DNA of 64,000 bases from Eledone cirrhosa (lineage: Eukaryota), in the NCBI GenBank assembly GCA_964016885.1, contig OZ024743.1, positions 5,332,001-5,396,000 on the forward strand. Direction: 5' to 3'. The notes beneath the pieces are model-generated. The model saw only the letters and a list, made by a program, of their open reading frames with translations, did not search any database and had not been told where the DNA came from. Of this stretch, positions 54,882-64,000 are shown in pieces. The position numbers and the translations under genes are program-made. The stretch's first letter is position 1. Each line of letters starts with the position of its first letter.

Positions 54882-55256
54882 GAGGAAGTTATAGTTCACT
54901 TGAAGCATTGTGTAATGAGGTATACACATTTGAATTTGTAAAGCCAAAACAATGCAGGTATGGGCATAGAATAACAAATGCAAATGCAAAAGATATTGTT
55001 GACAATTAGTCTTTTACCTTAGATTTATTTAAATGTCCTTAATTTTCGAGATAATATCTCTTCTTTGGAGGGAAGTAAAGCGGTTAAACCAGTGTTCTAA
55101 ATAGCTTGCAAAGTCATGCTGAAACCAGTGTTCTAAATAGCTTGCCAAGTCATGCTGAAATCTAAGGTAAAAGACTAATTGTCAACAATATCTTTTGCAT
55201 TTGCATTTGTTATTCTATGCCCATACCTGCATTGTTTTGGCTTTACAAATTCAAAC

Positions 55257-55260
<4 letters not shown>
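54881..55260. mobile_element. Fold-back insert in (TA)n with 97-bp arms and an internal ~36-bp tandem duplication
   Basis: Arms 54929-55025 / 55158-55254; duplicated AAACCAGTGTTCTAAATAGCTTGC(A/C)AAGTCATGCTG immediately before the right arm. Confidence 0.8.
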
Positions 55261-55351
<91 letters not shown>

Positions 55352-55895
55352 AGAATGAGAGAGGGGTGTTATAGATCTATTTCTAGCTTCCCTTTTGACC
55401 TCTGGCTTTTGACGTCAGACCTACTGTTTTAAAGCTAGGAATTTAAAGCACTTGGAATTTTATTAATAATATTAGTGAGTCTTTTTGCTGAGAGATGGTT
55501 TTTGCTGTCTAGACATATAAGAACACAAGATATTTCACTTGAATTTTCTTGTAAAAGCCATAAGGTATGTTTAAGACATTGCTTACTGATGAGGTTTTGG
55601 CGTCTTAATTTATTAATTAATTATCTTAATTAATATTTTTTTCTTTGCTGGAACGAAACTGCGGTATAAGTATGGAAAAAAAAGCCGGATCCTTTTTTGA
55701 TATTTCTGACATGTATGTGTATGTATGTATATTAACAATTGAAGCCCACAACGTACCTAATTCTTTCTTTCCAGCCTAAATGGTGATACTTTTCTGACAG
55801 ACCTCATATATGCATCCATACGTGCATACATACATTCATACATACATTTATACATTCAAACGCACACACACATACATATATATATGTATATATAT

Positions 55896-55982
<87 letters not shown>

Positions 55983-56008
55983 GTATGCATACGTACACAC
56001 ATATATAT

Positions 56009-56094
<86 letters not shown>

Positions 56095-58139
56095 ATAAGC
56101 GTACTTACATTTATGTATCAGCTGTGCTAGGGCGAGAAATAGAATTCTAATTTCATATATATATATATATATATGTGCATGTATTTATGTATATATGGAT
56201 GTATTTATGTATATAAATACATGCACTGTCTTATTTCCTCCTCTTCCACAGCTCCCTTTTATTTGGATCCCATGGCACATCTTTACCCAATTGTCATCTT
56301 CCATATGCATTACATGTTCCCCCACAGACATTACATGTTCCCCCACAGACATTACATGTTCGTGCTAGTGCAGTCTTCTCTCTTGCACACTATATCTGAC
56401 TTCTTATACCAACTTTTTCTCTCAACTCATAATTGCCTCCTCGGTCAGGCACGCTAATATTACCATTCTCATTTCACTTTTTTTTATTTTCAGCCTTCGC
56501 ACACCCACTGCATTCTATGCCCATATCTCGCTACTGTGCAGCATCGTACTTCGAGCATAAGCATCATAAAATCTATCCTTTGCTCAAAAAGATTTGCCAT
56601 ATTCTCGGAATATATTCAAACGCTTTAGAAAATAAAAACTATTCAAACAAAAACACATAACAGTTTCAAATTCAGTAGATCTTATATATTTATGTATTTA
56701 TATATTATATGGACATAACGTATGAGGTGATCCTACAGGTTTATTGCCAAAGTTTGCCAAATGATATGTACAGACATCTACGTCTTGGAAAAAAATTAAA
56801 TGTGCAGTACACGTTCGTAGCTGTAAAGAAACACCTAATATATTTATTTAATATGGTCTGATCTATTTATATAAATATTCTTACACACTCACTAGTCTTT
56901 GCTATTTAGATTTTATGGGGTTTTTTTACATGTCATTTGTTGGGTGGTTCTAAATACACACGCACACCCACACACCCACACAAACACAAAGAACTAAGAA
57001 AACTAAGGCAAGAGGCCAATGCCACGAATTTGAGTTACAGGGAGGTGTACTGAATGCCATATACAATAATTTTTTAAGTTTTATATTTGAATTCTTCTGA
57101 GAAGGAGTCAGGAAAAAAAACTAGCGGCAATTGTTAGCAACACTCAAAGAAAAGAAGAGATAATAGATTTCTCGAGTTAATTTATATGCTAAAGAAAGAA
57201 CTGTGTGATCGTCTCTGATCTTTGTAACAAGCAAAAGACAATTATGATGTACATAAGTTTCGATGAGTTAAACCTCGTCAGTACAGTACTTGTTCCTTGC
57301 GTGCAAAATGATGGCTAACGTATTGTTTATAGAGATTTAAAGATTTGAAATCTGAAGGTGTTGCAGGATTATATAAAAAAGTTAAAGTGAATGAGATTGG
57401 AGAGTGGTGCATAGAAAGAGAGTAAGTAAATTACTAAGAGATGGAGAGTGATACAGAGAGAAAAGTTTCAGCTGTTCACTATTTTATGAAAGAAGGAAGT
57501 ATTTTGCGATCAGCGTAAAATGGGGAGAATTTTCTCATGGAGAAGTTGAGCAGAGGCGAAAAATTCATTTTAAAAGAGCAGTGTTATTTGGGATTTGTTA
57601 TTGTTGTGGAGTATGTATAGTTAGTCCTGTATGTTGGGTTGTATATATAAGTCGTTGGAAGATCAGAAACAATAGCCTGATCCAGAATCTTGGATAACAA
57701 TAATATGGTTTTATTGCCTCTATAGACGTAATATTGTGAGTTTAAGGAGGTACACTATCATATTTGTAGATACATTAGTCAACTTTGAGAGGGAGGTCTT
57801 GGCTGTTACTTTAAAGAGGTAGAATCTACCTAGCTTACCCAGGTATAGCGACAATCTTGACTGAAGAGGTTCAACGAAAAATTACCAGCATGTATTTTTT
57901 TTTTTATACTTGTAAATACGTTCTAAGTTAATGGTAATCGGAAACGTGGCACTATCACTGATATTACATGAATGACACATCTTTTAGAGTCAGTAACTAT
58001 TCAAAAGTAGAAAGATCTCTTGGTTTCAATAAAAACGTTTTCTTGTAATTCTGACAATATTACGTTGCCAGAATTACAACGCGAGGATTACGAGGATTCC
58101 ACTATCGGAGGAGATATCCTTGACGGCTAACAGGCGTAA

Positions 58140-58445
58140 AGGTGCGTGGCTTTGTGGTTAAGGTAATCGGCTCACAACCGTAAAGTCGTGAGTTCGATTC
58201 CCGGCGGCGCGTTATGTCCTTGAGCAAGACACTTTATTTCACGTTTCTCCAATCCACTCAGCTGACTAAAATCAGTTGTACCTGTAATTCGCAGGGCCAG
58301 CCTTGTCACGTTCGGTGTCATGCTGAATCTCCCTGAGAAATACGTCTGTGGAATGCTCAGCCACTTGCATGTTAATTTCATGAGCAGGTTGTTGCGATGA
58401 TCGAATCAACTGGAACACTCGTCGTCGTAACCGACGGAGTGCCAT
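58140..58445 (+). mobile_element. SINE family 2 (full length)
   Basis: A-box-like GTGGCTTTGTGGTTAAG, B-box GAGTTCGATTCC, conserved body. Confidence 0.85.
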
Positions 58446-58644
58446 TCATAGCAGAAGTGTGGTACAGTTCATATTTATTTAGATAAGTGCCGTTTGCATA
58501 CTACTGAACAAAACGATAACAACTTGTTAGATTTCCATTGAAGAATACAGAGTTGTTATTTATTTGACAATATTTGCTAATGTTAGTAATGGAAGAATGT
58601 GAGGTTACTTGTAATCTCTGTGTACAATGAAGAAATGTACGGTC

Positions 58645-58691
<47 letters not shown>

Positions 58692-59691
58692 GTGTAAGCG
58701 ATGAGTGATAGAATGTCACAAGTTAAATCAGTTGAGTGCATTCGCGGAAGAGAGGAGAAACGGGTGGAGTAGCGAACAGATGGGGATGGAATTAGTTTCA
58801 AATGTATGCCATTAGATAAGGGTATGACTCAATGGGTGGGTATTTGGCTATAATATGTGTTTGGTTCTCTTCCACAATTGGTATTACCGAGAAAGCTTTG
58901 CTTTTACTGTAGTCAAGAGATAAGAAAAATATGAATATCACATAAATAAACATACGCAATGCGCGCGCGCGTGTGTGTGTGTGTGTGTGTGTGTGTCCCA
59001 AGTTAGCGGTTCGACAAACATATTGATGAAATAAGTGAATCTTTTGAAGGCGGCACCTCAGCATATCTACAATCTAATGTCTAAAATGAACAAAAGGGTA
59101 GATAGATAGATAATTTTACATGGAAAACCTGGAAAACTAAAAACAAAATCTAATGGCGAAGACAATGAAAACGACGATGAATATAAAGATATGATTGATG
59201 AAAAAAGCAGCGAATTGTCAAAAGCGTTGGCGCGTAGGTCAAAAGACATTGCGGTATAATATTATGATTCCTTGCGTTCTTAGTTCTAACCCAGCGAGTT
59301 CAACATTGTCTTTTAGCCTTCTGTAATAAAGTAAACTAGCAATACAGCCAGTGAACTGTGTCATCAGAACATCGAAGAGGTTCCCTCAGTATTTGCATAC
59401 TAAGTTCAGATCCCAAAGTGGTCCACTTGAGCGGGAGACTTAATCCGTCGGTCAGCTTGAGGGGGAGACTTAATCCGTCACCCGGTTTAACACTACTACT
59501 TGGCTCCTTTATGCCTTCAGCCAAAATACACGGCGCTGCGAACATTTGAACAAGATTTCTGATTTGAAGATACCTTTTTTCTTGCTTTCCATTAGTCTTG
59601 GATATTATCCCCACCACCCCACTCCTTTCATGTCAACGAATCGATAAAAATATTGAAAGCAAATAGCAATTGAAGTTAAAATGATACAAAC

Positions 59692-59973
59692 CTTTAACAG
59701 AGAGGTAAATAGTACTGGAGCTAGAACCCTCATTATTTTCGATACGGCATCGATACGTAGCTTCATCTTTCTTGGTCACATCAGCTATGACGAGTGCATA
59801 GGTTCCATGGTCTAAGGATTCCGCGGATATCCTGGAGTCAATTTCCAAAATTTCTTCATCTTTATACCATTTAACGGTTGGTTTCGGAAATCCTTTCACC
59901 TTACATTCAAATCGAACTGTACTACTCTCCAGTACTGAGTCTTCACCGGTGAGGCGCTGTACAAACTCCGGGG
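59692..59973 (-). CDS. Exon encoding one immunoglobulin I-set domain (titin/twitchin/MLCK/obscurin-type intracellular Ig)
   Basis: PEFVQRL...VRFECKVKGFPKPTVKWYKD...YALVI.DV...DEATYRC...N..G. Acceptor TTTTTTGTTGTTGCAG, donor G|GTTTGT; 282 bp, phase 1-1. Confidence 0.92.
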
Positions 59974-60146
59974 CTGCAACAACAAAAAAGTAAGACACAA
60001 ATGGACTTAGCTTATCATCATCATAAACATTAACATTATCAATAACTACGACGGAAAGGAATGTAGGTAATAATTACTTTGTTTTGTTTTATTTGCCATC
60101 CTTATATATTTCTACCGCGTTGTACCACCTTTTTGAAACTTATCAG

Positions 60147-61154
<1,008 letters not shown>

Positions 61155-61496
61155 TACAAAAAAAAATACAATAATCCGAGACTTGCAACCAAATTCCTTT
61201 CAAATCCCATTGGATTATATAGTCTCCGATATCCTTTCCTTGAAACATAAAAAAAGCATAGACTCAACCGGAACACCTTTGATCATGGCTGAGCTTCGAT
61301 TGAAGTTCTTTCACTTTACTAAGCCACTAATACCCCAGGAAGACATGAGCATTACAACAGTCTGTGTTATCCCTTTTAATACATAAGACCTTTGTGATTA
61401 GTCAAAAGAAGTCATTATAAGTAAATTAATTATACATGTATTTCTTCATAGGTTTCTTTACTTATCTCTATAAAATTAAGTCTCTCTCTCTCTCTC

Positions 61497-61577
<81 letters not shown>

Positions 61578-62069
61578 GTGTCTGGGTGTCCGGGCGAGGG
61601 GGGGGGATACTTAGCGTTGCCATGCACCATGAGTCCATTGATAAGGTTTTATTAATGCACATAAAATTGTTGATTTGGAAAACTCATTCTTGGGGAAATA
61701 TATGGACTTTTTATGATTAAAAAGAAAAAAAAACGATAATAATCTAGCTTTCTATACTTAATTAGTTCGTCTAAATATAAAACACACAAACGTAAATATA
61801 TTCATGTGGATTCTATTGAGGGTCAGAACAGTCAGAATAAATATAAAGAATTCATGTAGTGGAAGAAATTTTGAATTCAAGCTTGTTTGTATGAAATTCA
61901 GTACCACCGGTACAAAGATGGAATCAACTTGAACACGATTATATAATTATAATTTATAAATGTGGTTTAGGGAATCTCTACACAATGTCACTTTCAACAT
62001 ACTGGTTCGATTCGCACTAAAACACTTTACATAAATTGCTATTCATCTATGATTTTCATCCATGAGCTT

Positions 62070-62195
62070 GGCTCGTCACGCTTGACTAGTTGGAGTCGGT
62101 TGCTTCTGACAGGACCCACTGGAAGAAGTGTTTGAGGACTCTGCTCCCACGACCCTCTCAGGAGGAAGAAGAAGAAGAAGAAGAAGAAGAAGAAG

Positions 62196-62225
<30 letters not shown>
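62070..62225 (+). mobile_element. Extreme 3' end of an RTE-like LINE with a (GAA)n tail
   Basis: WESVASDRTHWKK matches the W...A.DR..W C-terminal RTE motif; followed by about 20 GAA units. Confidence 0.55.
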
Positions 62226-62226
<1 letters not shown>

Positions 62227-62593
62227 CTGAATTTCTAGCGCATTTGGAGACGTTTTGTCTAAATGTTATATTAAATACTCCCGTGTCAGTTTGGTTTAGT
62301 ACGAAAATGACTTCTTGTGTACGTTGACTTCAACAAAGGGATTGGCAAGTCAAAACCGACTTTTCGTTCATTTCGTCCGATTCGCATCACGATTCATTCG
62401 AAACGGTGGCCAACGCTTTACTCTTGCGGATATTTTTTCTCTAAACAGGCTGACAAATAAAATCGTGATTCAGGTTGTGGAAACGAGACTTTTTCCAAGT
62501 GCTAAATAGGTATTTTCACATGTGTTTATTTGGTGTGTTTTTATCTGTGTGTGTGTGTATATATGTGTGTGCTTGTGTAAATAATACAAAATA

Positions 62594-62648
<55 letters not shown>

Positions 62649-62809
62649 TGCGCGTATGACGATTAATGTTCCAATTTTTTGATCAGCTGAAGGACCTACT
62701 TGTTAAATTAACGCTTAAGTGGTTGAGTATTCTTCAGGCATGTGTACTCAACATCATTTTCAAGGTGATTAAACGTAAATGTGTGACATAGCTAGCCTGC
62801 GTGTACGCA

Positions 62810-63070
62810 ACTGCAAGAACCACCTTCATTTCTCGTAAAATTACGATGCAAGTGGCTGAGCACTCCACAGCCATGTGTACCTTAACGTAAATCTCGAGGA
62901 GATTTAGAGTGACATAATATATGACAAGGGTGGCCCTTTGAATTGTAAATATAACTTATATTTGCCTGTTGAATGAACCGGGGCAAGGTGAAATAAAGTG
63001 TTTCGCTCAAAGAATCGAACTCACCACCTTACGATCGTAAGCCGATCACCCTAACCACAAAGACATGCAC
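62810..63070 (-). mobile_element. SINE family 2, degenerate
   Basis: Reverse-complement similarity to 58140-58445. Confidence 0.7.
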
Positions 63071-63505
63071 CCTCATTGATGGATTACAACATATTGATTT
63101 CAATACATCAAACATCGCAACGATAAATGTGAGCGTAGCAAGTGACCAATACATTACCTCTTCTGCGTGACAGTACCGTCAGTGACTGCACTTATAGATT
63201 CCGCATTGGTCTATGTAATCACATTCAAGTCTTCAGATAATAAATCAGAGATTAAATCAAGCGGACAATCTTCCTTCAAACTTCAGGTGAGGGAGGTATG
63301 AGGCTATGAGCATTAATATATCATGCGTATATGTGCTTGTGTGTGTGTATGTATGTATTATGTATGCATGTATATATGTGTGTGTGTATATATGTATGTA
63401 TGTATTATGTATGTATTATGTGTGTATGGGCATATTCAATGCATGCCACAGCACACATGCACACACACCACACACACCCGTCAGTCACACACGCACACAC
63501 ACACG

Positions 63506-63561
<56 letters not shown>

Positions 63562-64000
63562 ACTCCCACATACACAGACACTCCCACACACATGTAACAA
63601 AAACGCACTCAAATAAACAAATAATTACGAAATCAGACGCATATATAATACATATAAACAGATATAGGAGCGAGTCTTTATCCATGTCCTATCGGCACTA
63701 GCTTGGCATGAGAACCAACGTAAATCGTTGAGATCAATGAGATTAAGAGGGAATCTCTGAGCTAGAAATATCATCCAGATTACATCAGATCACACCTTAA
63801 ACAAAGGAACGGCATATTGCCAATATAATCCTAAATCCTATATTCAAACAGATGGGATGAAAACGGATGGTATATTTTGTTACTACATCTAACCCATCGG
63901 GGCTTTTCTTGGGCTAAACAATAACAAAAATACCCGCCTCAAGCCAATGATGGTAATAGGACTGCTGAAGCAGATTTGTCCTTGGACTAACAATAAAACA

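Noticed and set aside
58140-58210. tRNA gene
   Set aside because: A/B boxes continue into a SINE body; no complete cloverleaf. The same holds for the other SINE heads.
59336-59617. 93-aa ORF with a 30-bp duplication next to the Ig exon
   Set aside because: No domain similarity or convincing splice sites; likely an old repeat.

Overview
Eukaryotic, AT-rich DNA saturated with microsatellites and retroposons. The SINE families and (TA)n/(CA)n/(CATA)n density suggest an octopus/cephalopod genome (inference). Most of the window appears to be intron of a minus-strand host gene: an Ig I-set exon (59692-59973) splices in phase to a Ser/Arg- then Glu-rich exon (23669-23926). Main contents: (1) an intact, very young Penelope-like element of Naiad type (827 aa RT + GIY-YIG, 1.14 kb pseudo-LTRs each with a minimal hammerhead ribozyme); (2) a full-length but frameshifted Tx1/L1-type LINE with a 14-bp TSD inside a G-rich minisatellite; (3) fragments of two other Penelope lineages and of R4-like and RTE LINEs; (4) many tRNA-derived SINEs and several MITEs. 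The most striking unexplained patterns are a set of non-coding fold-back mini-elements in (TA)n tracts, several carrying whole or half hammerhead ribozymes, and a 2.1 kb satellite built from the last 15 codons of an RTE LINE ORF. All ribozyme folds and alignments were read by eye; no searches or folding programs were run.
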